Source: Planctomycetota bacterium
Lineage (GTDB): Bacteria > Planctomycetota > J058
Assembly: GCA_050186825.1 (NCBI GenBank)
Contig: JBFWYD010000056.1
Location: forward strand, 3,761-67,760
Length of the DNA: 64,000 nucleotides
Reading direction: 5' to 3'
Shown piece by piece: positions 19,320 to 28,367 of this stretch; the first letter of the stretch is position 1; every line of letters begins with the position of its first letter. Position numbers and translations under genes: made by a program. The notes under the pieces were generated by a model. That model ran no database searches, was not told where the DNA came from, and saw only the letters and a list, made by a program, of their open reading frames with translations.

Positions 19320-21176
19320 CTAACCGCGGAACTTCCGCATCTTCCAGGCCACGATCCCGAAGTTCGAGCCGCCGCCGCCGGCGCTGGGGATGCCCTTGAA
19401 GCTCAGGCTGCCGTTCTCGATGCGCTCGTCGTAGACCACCTTGTAGTTGAAGTAGTCGTTGCCCAGGGTGCGGCTGCCCAGATCGAGCACCCCGCCCGCG
19501 CTCAGGAACCCGTTGACCCCGTAGATCTTGTCCTTGTCGGCGAAGCTCGAGGGCGGGTCCGAGGCGGTCGTGGGGTCCATGAGGTAGGCGTTGTTCTCGG
19601 CATACATGAACCCGTCCGTGACGCCGCCAGTACCGTACTTCGCGTCCCCGAAGTAGATGTTCCCCTGGCCCTCCTTGGGGCCCTCGTAGGTCCCGTTGCC
19701 GTCGTCGTTGATGATCGTCTCGCCGACGTCGTACTTGAAGTTCTTGTTGGCGTCGTAGAAGGACTCGTCCTCGCGCTCGGGGGTGTTGGGATCGTCGCCC
19801 TTGCCCTTGGCCAGGAACAGGATGCCCTGGTTCCTTCCGGGGTAGTAGTCCAGGTCGTCACCGATGTAGAGGTTGCCCTCGACCACGATGGTGATCACGA
19901 GGTCCGTGTTGGGGAGCTGCACGTCCTTGTTGTCGAGGTGGTGCAGCCAGAGGTCGCCCTTGACCAGGAACAGCTTGCCGTTGTCCGACGAGGAGAAGCC
20001 GATCGTGTGGCCGCTGCCGCTGTTGGGCCCGAGGTGGATGACCGTGTTGTCCATCCCGCTCGCGCTGCCGAGGTTCCCGTAGTCGCTGCCACTCAGCGCC
20101 GCCTTGAAGGCGCCGTGCTGCCCCGAGGCGGTGATGATCTGGTCCGCGATGCTCTCGTAGTTCTGGGCCTGGAGGTCGGGCGGGGTGATCGGCTCGGCGC
20201 CGGCGGTCATGGTGTAGCCCTGGTTCGGCACCACCTCGCCTTGGATCGTGCCGGTCGCGTCCACGTCGCCGAACACGGTCGTGTAGGCCTTCATCTCGAC
20301 GTCGCCGTTCACGTAGGAGTTGCCGACCACGTAGTCGGCGTCGTCCTTGTGGGTGGTCTCCCAGCTCGAATCCTGCGACTCGCTGCCGGTCGGGCTGGCC
20401 AGCTCCGGGGCGTTCGTGATGGTCTGCGTGTAGGTCCCGTAGCTCCCGTCCTGGTTGAGGTCGATCTTGTAGTAGCTGCTGCCGACCTTCACCATGTTGC
20501 CCTGGGACGAGCCCCAGTCCGGGTAGCTGGAGCCGTAGACGGAGTCGATTCGGGGGTTGTCGTTCAGGTCTCCATCGTTGTTGAGGTCGATGCCCAGCGA
20601 CGACTCCTTGAGCTTCGTGGTCTTGTACCAGTTGTTCCCGTTGTTATCCTCCTCGAAGGTGAAGGTCGAGGTCAGGTTGTAGACCGGGCCCAGGCGCAGC
20701 GGCACGGGCAGGCCGAACTTGTTCCCCACGTAGAGCGCCTTGTAGAAGGCGGGATGGACGGCGGCGCCGATGTAGGCCTCCACCTCCACGGCGGGGCGCA
20801 GCCCATCGATCCCGGTGGGGCCGTAGGCCCTGGCCTGGATCTTGTAGACGCTGTTTCCTTCGTCGCTGCTGCGGACCTCGACGGTGTGGCCGGTGCTGGC
20901 GATGGTCAGGTCCATGTTTTGGAGGATGATGCTCGAGGACGAGTTGTTCTCGAGGATGTGATCGAACTTGGCGGCCAGCCCGCTCTCCGCCTCCATCTGG
21001 AGCTGAACGGTCATCGTCTCCTCGACGGAGACGTTGCTGCGCATGACGCTCGTGTTCACGATCGTGGCAGCCAGGGCCATGAGCATCATCAGGACGATCG
21101 TGGTGACGATCAGCGCCGTGCCTCGCTCGCGGCGTTCGAGGGTCGACGGATCGCCCGAGCAGTGGTCGGCTGACAT
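19320..21176 (-). CDS. PilX/GspK-like minor pilin with a large C-terminal beta-rich domain (cassette A)
   Basis: 'RRERG|TALIVTTIVLMMLMALAATIV' prepilin site without Glu5; DLNNDGD, DLNQDG and DDGNG acidic loops; RBS GGAGG. Confidence 0.8.
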   Translation of the reverse strand: MSADHCSGDPSTLERRERGTALIVTTIVLMMLMALAATIVNTSVMRSNVSVEETMTVQLQMEAESGLAAKFDHILENNSSSSIILQNMDLTIASTGHTVEVRSSDEGNSVYKIQARAYGPTGIDGLRPAVEVEAYIGAAVHPAFYKALYVGNKFGLPVPLRLGPVYNLTSTFTFEEDNNGNNWYKTTKLKESSLGIDLNNDGDLNDNPRIDSVYGSSYPDWGSSQGNMVKVGSSYYKIDLNQDGSYGTYTQTITNAPELASPTGSESQDSSWETTHKDDADYVVGNSYVNGDVEMKAYTTVFGDVDATGTIQGEVVPNQGYTMTAGAEPITPPDLQAQNYESIADQIITASGQHGAFKAALSGSDYGNLGSASGMDNTVIHLGPNSGSGHTIGFSSSDNGKLFLVKGDLWLHHLDNKDVQLPNTDLVITIVVEGNLYIGDDLDYYPGRNQGILFLAKGKGDDPNTPEREDESFYDANKNFKYDVGETIINDDGNGTYEGPKEGQGNIYFGDAKYGTGGVTDGFMYAENNAYLMDPTTASDPPSSFADKDKIYGVNGFLSAGGVLDLGSRTLGNDYFNYKVVYDERIENGSLSFKGIPSAGGGGSNFGIVAWKMRKFRG

Positions 21177-21242
21177 GGCTTCCTCCGGTGGCTGTGTGGT
21201 GAGTGGTTGGAGTGGATGGAGTCGTGTGTTGGTGTGGTGGGG

Positions 21243-21926
21243 TCAGTTCCTGAAGCTGAACTGGAGCGTCTGAGCACGCAGCAGCACGGCCGGGGTCTCG
21301 CCGTGGTGCGAGAAGTCGCGGGTCAGGAAGGTGAGCGAGAGGTTCAAGGCCCTGTCCCCGTTGGTGAAGGTGGGGCCATTGCCGGGGAGGAAGCTGAACC
21401 CGAAGTCCTGACCCACGGCCCCCGCCCCGTAGTCCTCGGCGTTGATCGCGATGCCGGTGGCGATGGTCGTGGCCACGCCGTTGACCGTGTAGACGAGGAT
21501 GCCCTCGTCGATCAGGCCGTTGCCGTTGTCATCCTGGTCGTTGTTGACCTCGGCGGGGTCGAGCAGGATCTCGAGCGTGCGGGTCGAGTCGTACTGGAGC
21601 TGCTGGGTCGAGGGGGTGTAGCCGATGACCGGCCGGAACTGGAGGCGCGTGTAGTTGCCCGGCGAGAGCCCCGTGTCCGTCAACTGAACGGGCTGGTTGG
21701 AGGCCTCGTTGGCGCCGCGGAGGTTGCCCAGCTCGGTGCGAAGGAAGCCCATGGTGCGGTTCATTCGCATGTCGAGGTCCGAACTCGACACCGCACCCGC
21801 CACCTCGCGGTCCACGTTCAGGAAGAGGGTCATGGCCATGCCCAGGGCCACGAAGAGCAGGCTGGCGGCGACCACGGCCTCCAGGAGGGTGAAGCCGCGA
21901 GCGCGGCCCTGGCGCTGGCGCCTCAC
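21243..21926 (-). CDS. PilW/GspJ-like prepilin-type protein (cassette A)
   Basis: 'RARG|FTLLEAVVAASLL'; 'DQDDNGNGLIDEG'; ends 'FSFRN'; GTGA overlap with the upstream gene. Confidence 0.85.
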   Translation of the reverse strand: MRRQRQGRARGFTLLEAVVAASLLFVALGMAMTLFLNVDREVAGAVSSSDLDMRMNRTMGFLRTELGNLRGANEASNQPVQLTDTGLSPGNYTRLQFRPVIGYTPSTQQLQYDSTRTLEILLDPAEVNNDQDDNGNGLIDEGILVYTVNGVATTIATGIAINAEDYGAGAVGQDFGFSFLPGNGPTFTNGDRALNLSLTFLTRDFSHHGETPAVLLRAQTLQFSFRN

Positions 21927-22471
21927 TGGGCCACCGAGGCGCGCGGATAGAGGATGGTGCGCAAGGTGAACGAGTGGGTACGGTTGGGGTCGTCGGCATC
22001 CGCCCAGGTCGCGGTCAGCTCCACCGGGACCACGGTGCCGTAGGCGCTGAGGTTGCTCGAGGCGCTGTCGTGCGTGCCATCGCGATCGAAGTCGTAGGTG
22101 TGCCCGGGCCAGGCGGCCGCCGCCTCCGCCTCCGTCATGATCCGCGCGTTCGAGGCGGTCACGTTGATCCCGATGGACTGCCTGATGGCGGGGACATCGC
22201 TCCTGGACGCGCCCTCATCCACGAGCCCCAGCGGAATCCAGGTCGGGTTCGAGGTGATCTCGGTCCGGGCCGCCGCCGCCGTGTCCCAGCCGTGGAGGTT
22301 GGCCAGGTAATCGAAGGCCTGCCGCTGGAGGTACTCGTTCTGCCTGCTGGTCGCGCGCAGGTTGTTGCTGGTGACCATGGTGGCCATGACTCCCATGAGC
22401 CCCAGGGCCAGGACCCCCATGGAAACGACCACCTCGAGCATGCTGAAGGCGCGGCGAGCTTGCGCTCTCAT
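21923..22471 (-). CDS. PilV/GspI-like prepilin-type protein (cassette A)
   Basis: 'MRAQARRA|FSMLEVVVSMGVLALGLMG'; 'DFDRDG' loop; ATG at 22471, 2 nt after the upstream stop. Confidence 0.85.
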   Translation of the reverse strand: MRAQARRAFSMLEVVVSMGVLALGLMGVMATMVTSNNLRATSRQNEYLQRQAFDYLANLHGWDTAAAARTEITSNPTWIPLGLVDEGASRSDVPAIRQSIGINVTASNARIMTEAEAAAAWPGHTYDFDRDGTHDSASSNLSAYGTVVPVELTATWADADDPNRTHSFTLRTILYPRASVAQ

Positions 22472-22473
22472 GA

Positions 22474-23631
22474 TCAACTCCCCTTCTCCTGGCCTTGCCA
22501 CCACTTGAGCCAGACCGAGCGGTTGGGCGTGAACTTCTGCTTGGTGAGCTTGACGAGGAGCCGGTAGGCCGCCTCGCGCAGCTTCGGCTCCGGGTGATCG
22601 AGCAGGTCGAGCAGGTAGGGCGCCCACTCGGCGGTCAGGGTGCTCGTGAACTCGGGCACGACGCCGAGGCCGGCGACGACTAGCTGCGGGTCCTCCGAGC
22701 TGGTGCAGACCTTGACCAGGGCCTCGCTCAGCAGGCGCCGCTCGGCGAGCAGCGACTCGCGCAGCCGACCCAGGCGGGGGGTGGCGCGGATCTGGTCCTC
22801 GACGTAGGTGTCGAGGTCGACCAGGCCGTTGCGGTCGAGGTCGCTCAGCTTCTTGCGGCGCTGCTCCTCGCGCAGGCGGATCGTCGACAGCTCGCGTGCC
22901 TGGTTGTGCAGGCGCGGGCGGATGGCGCCCAGGAGCGCGATGCGCAGCGTCGGGGAAGGGGCGTCGGTGAGCTCGCGGACCATGGTCTCGATGCGGTCGC
23001 GCCGCAGGAACGCGCGCTCGATGAGGCTCTGGACCAGCTTGCGGAAGGCCTTGAGCTTCGCCTCTTCGCCCTGCGAGGCGAGATCGGACTCGCGCCGCTG
23101 CACGTAATCGCAGAAGGGGCGGACCGCATCGCCCCGCTCGGAGGGGGTGGCGAGGAGGTTGACCAGGGCCTCTTGATGAGCGTCGTCGACGGAGCGGTGC
23201 GAGTCCTGGAGGCCCGCGACCAGCACGGCCAGGGCCGCGTCGGCGGGGAACTCGCCGATGACCTGGAGGGCGGCCACGGCCACGCTCCTGTCGGGGGGGC
23301 CGTCGAAGGGGATCCGGGCCAGACGCGCCAGGACCTCGCGTGCGGCGGGCTCCTCCACGAACTCGGCCAGGACCTGAACCAGGCGCGAGAGCCTGGCCTC
23401 GCCGGTGTGCGTCGCGATCCACGCGATCAGCGCGGCCCGCGCCGAGCCCTTCAGGCCCTGTGCCTTGGCCAGGAGCCGGTCGAGCTCCTTCTCGTCCTTG
23501 GCGTCGAGGATCGCGCGCGCCGTGACCTCGGCCGCCGAGGGGGGGGTCTTCTTCTCCTCTGGCGTCGCGAAGGCGCAAGAGCAGGACGCCCAGAGGAGGA
23601 GGGCGGGCCAGGAGAGTCGTCGCAGGGTCAT
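22474..23631 (-). CDS. Secreted HEAT-repeat protein (cassette A)
   Basis: Signal peptide; HEAT-like helices; C-terminal 'LREAAYRLLVKLTKQKFTPNRSVWLKWW'. Confidence 0.75.
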   Translation of the reverse strand: MTLRRLSWPALLLWASCSCAFATPEEKKTPPSAAEVTARAILDAKDEKELDRLLAKAQGLKGSARAALIAWIATHTGEARLSRLVQVLAEFVEEPAAREVLARLARIPFDGPPDRSVAVAALQVIGEFPADAALAVLVAGLQDSHRSVDDAHQEALVNLLATPSERGDAVRPFCDYVQRRESDLASQGEEAKLKAFRKLVQSLIERAFLRRDRIETMVRELTDAPSPTLRIALLGAIRPRLHNQARELSTIRLREEQRRKKLSDLDRNGLVDLDTYVEDQIRATPRLGRLRESLLAERRLLSEALVKVCTSSEDPQLVVAGLGVVPEFTSTLTAEWAPYLLDLLDHPEPKLREAAYRLLVKLTKQKFTPNRSVWLKWWQGQEKGS

Positions 23632-23768
23632 CGAGCGCCTCGCGTCGCACTCGAGCCCTCGAGGAGATCGTGCTTGGTCGCGCCCTCGATCGCACGGGGC
23701 GGGGTGGACGGGAACGTCCGGCCCCCAGGGGAGTCGACCTCGTGCTCGGCTCGTTCAAGGTGCATGAG

Positions 23769-23792
23769 GGAACGATGCGCACCGATCGTTCC
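23769..23792. promoter_or_regulatory. Candidate operator palindrome upstream of cassette A
   Basis: GGAACGAT-gcgcaccg-ATCGTTCC, perfect 8-bp arms with an 8-bp spacer, about 140 bp upstream of the HEAT gene start. Confidence 0.4.
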
Positions 23793-23944
23793 ACTCCAAC
23801 CCCTTGCACGTCGGCCTGGCCTGTCAGGCGTCCCTTCCGGTCCAGACCGATGAGGCGGACGACGCCCAGCGCTCAGCTGGGCCCTCTAGGTCCCTTCCTG
23901 CGAACGTCTTGCGTGCGCGGACGTGCCCGGCCCCGCTCCCCGGG

Positions 23945-24984
23945 TCAATCCTGGCGCGGGACGGGCGGCCGATCGGACGATTTCGCCCCGCCTGCGGAAT
24001 CCGGCGCGTCCGGCGAGGGGGTCGGGCTGACCTGGGGTTGCTGCTGCTTCCTCAACTGCTCCTCGAGCATCGTCTGGAGGATGCAGGCCCCGAGGCGGTT
24101 CACCCGGCCTGGACGCCGCCCATCCCCGCCTGAGCGCGCCCTTCCATCCGGCCGAGGCGCACCACCAGATCGAGCAGCCGCTTGCGCTGCTCCTTGGTCG
24201 GGGGGCCGGCGGCCTCGGCCTCGCTCAGCTGGTAGCGCGGGAGGAGCTCCTTGCCCCAGGGCGGGTCGAGCCGGAGCTCGAGGGTGCCGAGCGCGCGGGC
24301 CACGAGCTGGCGGCTGTCGATGGGGTAGACGAAGGCCCAGATCCGCAGGCCAGCTGCGAGGTAGAGGTAGACGGTCGTCCCGCGGCGATGCAACGCCCAG
24401 CGCTCGATCGGAAAGCGGTGGCGGAGGTTGAACTGAGAGTCTGTGACCTCCTGCCCCTCGCGCCACTCCAGCTTGCCCCACTCGCCGCTCTTGAAGTCCT
24501 CCCAGGGGAGGACCAGGAACAGCCCGACCATCAGGCGATGCCGCTTGGGGCGCTGGAAGAAGGTGCTGACCTTCAGCAGCCCCTGGGCCGCGCGGGTCTG
24601 CGTCCACTCGGGGTCGAGCGTGAGCGCGAAGTGGCCGGGCTGCGACTCGTGGCGCTGTCCCCGAGTCGCGCTCGCGACCGGCGCGCCTGGGCTCTGGGGC
24701 GGGCGCGCCGGAAGGGGCGACTTGCCGGGGGTCGCGGGGCCGACCGCGGGTCCGGTCGCGGGGCCTGAGACCGAGGAGGAGCGGGCGAAGTGCCACGCAC
24801 CGGCGGCGCAGGCCGCGACGACGGCCAGCCCGAACAGCAGCCCGCCAGCGCCGCCGCCCTCGACCTGGCTCGGGTCGCTGCGATGCACGGCGAAGGGCTG
24901 GGCAGGCTTGGACCCAGCGGAGGAGGCCGCAGGCGGGGCCTCGCTCGCCGGCTGAGTGGGGTCGGAACCTGTCGGGTCGATCAT
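23945..24984 (-). pseudogene. Single-TM hypothetical protein, paralog of 28368-29372, with a C-terminal frameshift
   Basis: ORF stops at 24100 (...GVQAG*) but the paralog-matching 'VNRLGACILQTML.EQL' continues in another frame to 23945. Confidence 0.72.
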
Positions 24985-25112
24985 GAGCGGGTGGCTCCTC
25001 GCGGCGCCTTGCCGCGGGCGGAGAGGGAGGAGTCAGGGTGCGCCGGGGTGACCACGGGCGCACCCGCGGAAGCGGTTGCGAGGGCTAGACTTCCCCGGCC
25101 AAGGGAGGCGAC

Positions 25113-28100
25113 GTGGCCCCATTCGGTGCGCTGCTCTTCGCGAGCGGGCTGTGCGCGCTGGTCTACCAGACGGTGTGGCTGCGCGCCTTCCGCGCGATCT
25201 TCGGGGCCTCGACCCCGGCCACCGCCGCGGTGCTGGCGATCTTCATGGGCGGGCTGGGGCTCGGGTCGTGGTGGCTCGGCCGCTACGCCGAGCGCCATCC
25301 GCGTCCGCTCCGGCTCTACGCGCTGCTCGAGGCGGGGATCACCCTGGGGGCGGCCCTCTCGCCGCTCCTGATCTGGCTGGTGCGCGCGGTCTACCTGGGC
25401 GTGGGCGGCAGCCCCGCCCTGGGGAGCGTCGGCGCGACCATCCTGCGCCTGGCGCTGGCGCCCCTGGTGCTGGCCCTGCCCGTCGTGCTGATGGGCGGGA
25501 CCCTCCCGGCCCTGGGGCGGGCGATCACCCACGCCGGCGACCCTGGCCGGCGCGGGGTCGCGCTGCTCTACGGCTGCAACGCGCTGGGGGCGATGGTCGG
25601 GGCGCTCCTGCCGACCTTCCTCACCTTCGAGGCCTGGGGCGTGCGGGCGACCCTGTTCGCGGCCTGCGCCCTCAACGCGCTGGTGGCGGCCGCGGCCTGG
25701 GCCCTGGCCGCCCGGACGCCGCCCATGGAGGTCACAGCCGAAGCGAGCGCGACGAGCCCGGAGGCTCCCGCGCTGCCCGCGCCAACCGAAGCGGCCGCGC
25801 CGACGAACCCGTCCTCGCCGGCCGACCCTGCCGAGGCCCTCCCTCCACAGGACCAGGTGCTCCTGGCCGCGGGCGCCACCGGCTTCTCCTTCCTGCTCGC
25901 GGAGCTGGTCTGGTACCGCCTGGCCGGGCCCATCCTCGGCGGCTCCACCTACACCTTCGGGATCATCCTCGCGCTGGCCCTGCTCGGGATCGGCGCCGGC
26001 GGTGTGCTCTACGCCTTCTTCGCCCCGGCCCGCCCGCGCGCGGCGCACTTCGGGCTGAGCTGCGCGCTCTACGCGGTCGCGCTGCTCCTGCCCTACGCGC
26101 TCGGCGACCACCTGGCCTTCGCGGCGCAGCACCTGCACGACTGGGGCAAGACCAGCTTCCCGACCCTGGTCCTCGGCTGGGGCCTCCTCGGCGCCGTGCT
26201 CGTGCTCCCGGCCGCGCTCGTCTCCGGCTACCAGTTCCCGCTCCTGCTGGCCCTGCGCGGCCGCGGCGCGGAGCACGTGGCCAGCGATGTCGGGCAGGTC
26301 TACGCGACGAACACCCTGGGCGCGATCCTCGGCTCGCTGGCCGGCGGCTTCGGGCTCCTGCCCCTGCTGGGGGCGCTGGCGGCCTGGAAGCTGGCCGCGG
26401 CGCTGGTGCTCGGTGTGGGGTTGACCTTCGCGGTCGTCCTGGGGCGGCGCGAGCCGCAGGGCAAGCGGCTCGCGGCCGCCGCGGCCGCGCTCGCCGTCCT
26501 GACCCTGCTCTTGGCCCGGGCCGCCGGGCCGAGCGCGGCCTTCCGCCACCACCCGATCGGCGCCGGGCGCGGCGAGCTGGTCCAGGAGACCTGGAACCGC
26601 GAGTACGAGGCAGTGTCCTGCGCCAACCGCACGCTGCTGGGCGAGGTCGAGGGGCGCGAGAGCGCGCTGGGCTTCGTGCTCGGCAACGGCGTCTCGCTGT
26701 TCGTCAACGGCAAGAGCGACGGCAACGTCATCTACGACGCGCGGACCACCTTCATGCTCGGACTGCAGGGCGCGATCCAGCACGCGGCCCCGCGCCGGGC
26801 CTTCGTGGTCGGCCTGGCCTCGGGCGTCACCGCCGCGGCCCTGGCCGAGGTCCCCGGGATGGAGCACGTGGACGTGGCCGAGCTCGAGCCGGGGGTGCTC
26901 GAGTTCGCGGAGCTGGTCAAGGTCGCCAACTGGGACGTGCTGCACCATCCCAAGGTCTCGGTGCTGATCGGCGACGGGCGCGAGCTGCTCCAGGCCTCGC
27001 GCGAGGGCTACGACCTGATCGTGTCGGAGCCCAGCAACCCCTACCGGGCCGGGATCGCCGGCTTCTACTCGCTCGACTTCTACCGCCAGACCCACGAGCG
27101 CCTGCGCCCAGGCGGCCTGCTCTGCCAGTGGCTGCAGAGCTACGACCTCGACCCCGCCGCGCTGGCCCTGGTCCTGGCCACCCTCCGCCAGGTCTACGCC
27201 CACGTGGGCTTCTGGGCGCTGCGCGGCGACTTCCTGCTGATCGCCTCGGACCACCCCCAGGTGTTCGACGTCGCGCGCGTGCGCGAGCGCCTGGGCCAGG
27301 AGCCCTTCAGGACCGCCTTCGGGCGGGTGTGCGGGGTGTGGGACGTCGAGGGGGTCGCGGCGATGCACGTGGGGAGCACGCCGCTGATCGACCTCGTCCT
27401 CCCCCGCGTCCCGGCCTTCAACAGCGACGACCACCCCCTGCTGGAGTTCTCCTGCGCGCGCACGGCGGGGCGCAACCGGCACTTCCCCGAGGCGGAGCTG
27501 CTGAAGATCGCGCAGGCCGCGGGCGGGGGGCTCCAGGTCACGAACGGCGCGCTCGACGCCCAGCGCGTGGCCTTCGTCCGCGCGCGCGACTGGATCCCGC
27601 CGCCCGAGGTGGCCCTCAGCGACGCCGACCGGCGTCGCCTCGAGCTCTGGCGGCTCTACGAGCGCAACGAGCTGGGCCCGGCGAACGCGGTCGTCGACCG
27701 GGTCCCCGAGGCGCCGCCCCACGACCTCTACGGCCGCCTGGCCCGGGCCGAGGTGCGCTGCTATCGCCGCGCCCCGCTGCCGGCGCTCGACGCGGAGCTG
27801 GCGGAGCTCGAGCGGCTGGGCCTGGGCGGCGAGGTCGCCTGGCTGCGCCTGGTTCGCGCGGCGCTGCTGAACCAGGCCGCGCAGCTCGGGCCGCTCGGCC
27901 GGGTCGCCTTCGAAGCCGCCCGGCGGGACCCCTGGATCCCGCAGCGCTTGATGAAGAACGTGCTGATGAACGTGATGAGCCTCGCGCCGCCTGCTCCTCC
28001 CGCCGCTGAGCTCTCGCGACTGCTCATCGGCGAGCCGCTGGCCTGCTGGTCCCTCGAGCGCGAGCGGCGCGGCGTGGCGGCCAAGCTGGCCGAGCGCGCC

Positions 28101-28292
28101 GGGGAGCTCTCGCTCGCCAGCCACGCGCTCCTGCTGAACGAGCCCTACCCCTTCTGGTCCGAGGACTGGCTGGAGCTGCGCGCCCGGGTCTACGAGCAGA
28201 CGGGCGAACCCCTGGCCGCGCGCGCCCGCGCGGACCTCGAGCTTTTTCGCAGCCGCGAGGGGCCGAGCCTGCGCGACGTGTTCGGCAAGTAG
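25113..28292 (+). CDS. Fused MFS-like membrane domain / spermidine synthase-like protein
   Basis: Two multi-TM repeats ('LFASGLCALVYQTVW', 'GATGFSFLLAELVW'), then a SAM-binding domain 'VVGLASGVT', 'DVAELEP', 'GDGR', 'YDLIVSEPSNPY'. Confidence 0.9.
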   Translation: MAPFGALLFASGLCALVYQTVWLRAFRAIFGASTPATAAVLAIFMGGLGLGSWWLGRYAERHPRPLRLYALLEAGITLGAALSPLLIWLVRAVYLGVGGSPALGSVGATILRLALAPLVLALPVVLMGGTLPALGRAITHAGDPGRRGVALLYGCNALGAMVGALLPTFLTFEAWGVRATLFAACALNALVAAAAWALAARTPPMEVTAEASATSPEAPALPAPTEAAAPTNPSSPADPAEALPPQDQVLLAAGATGFSFLLAELVWYRLAGPILGGSTYTFGIILALALLGIGAGGVLYAFFAPARPRAAHFGLSCALYAVALLLPYALGDHLAFAAQHLHDWGKTSFPTLVLGWGLLGAVLVLPAALVSGYQFPLLLALRGRGAEHVASDVGQVYATNTLGAILGSLAGGFGLLPLLGALAAWKLAAALVLGVGLTFAVVLGRREPQGKRLAAAAAALAVLTLLLARAAGPSAAFRHHPIGAGRGELVQETWNREYEAVSCANRTLLGEVEGRESALGFVLGNGVSLFVNGKSDGNVIYDARTTFMLGLQGAIQHAAPRRAFVVGLASGVTAAALAEVPGMEHVDVAELEPGVLEFAELVKVANWDVLHHPKVSVLIGDGRELLQASREGYDLIVSEPSNPYRAGIAGFYSLDFYRQTHERLRPGGLLCQWLQSYDLDPAALALVLATLRQVYAHVGFWALRGDFLLIASDHPQVFDVARVRERLGQEPFRTAFGRVCGVWDVEGVAAMHVGSTPLIDLVLPRVPAFNSDDHPLLEFSCARTAGRNRHFPEAELLKIAQAAGGGLQVTNGALDAQRVAFVRARDWIPPPEVALSDADRRRLELWRLYERNELGPANAVVDRVPEAPPHDLYGRLARAEVRCYRRAPLPALDAELAELERLGLGGEVAWLRLVRAALLNQAAQLGPLGRVAFEAARRDPWIPQRLMKNVLMNVMSLAPPAPPAAELSRLLIGEPLACWSLERERRGVAAKLAERAGELSLASHALLLNEPYPFWSEDWLELRARVYEQTGEPLAARARADLELFRSREGPSLRDVFGK

Positions 28293-28367
28293 GCCGTCAT
28301 GTCGGAGGAGCTGGACGCAGGGAGCGCCGCGACCGGCTGACCGGCCAGGCAGCGCGGAGGAGGCTGG

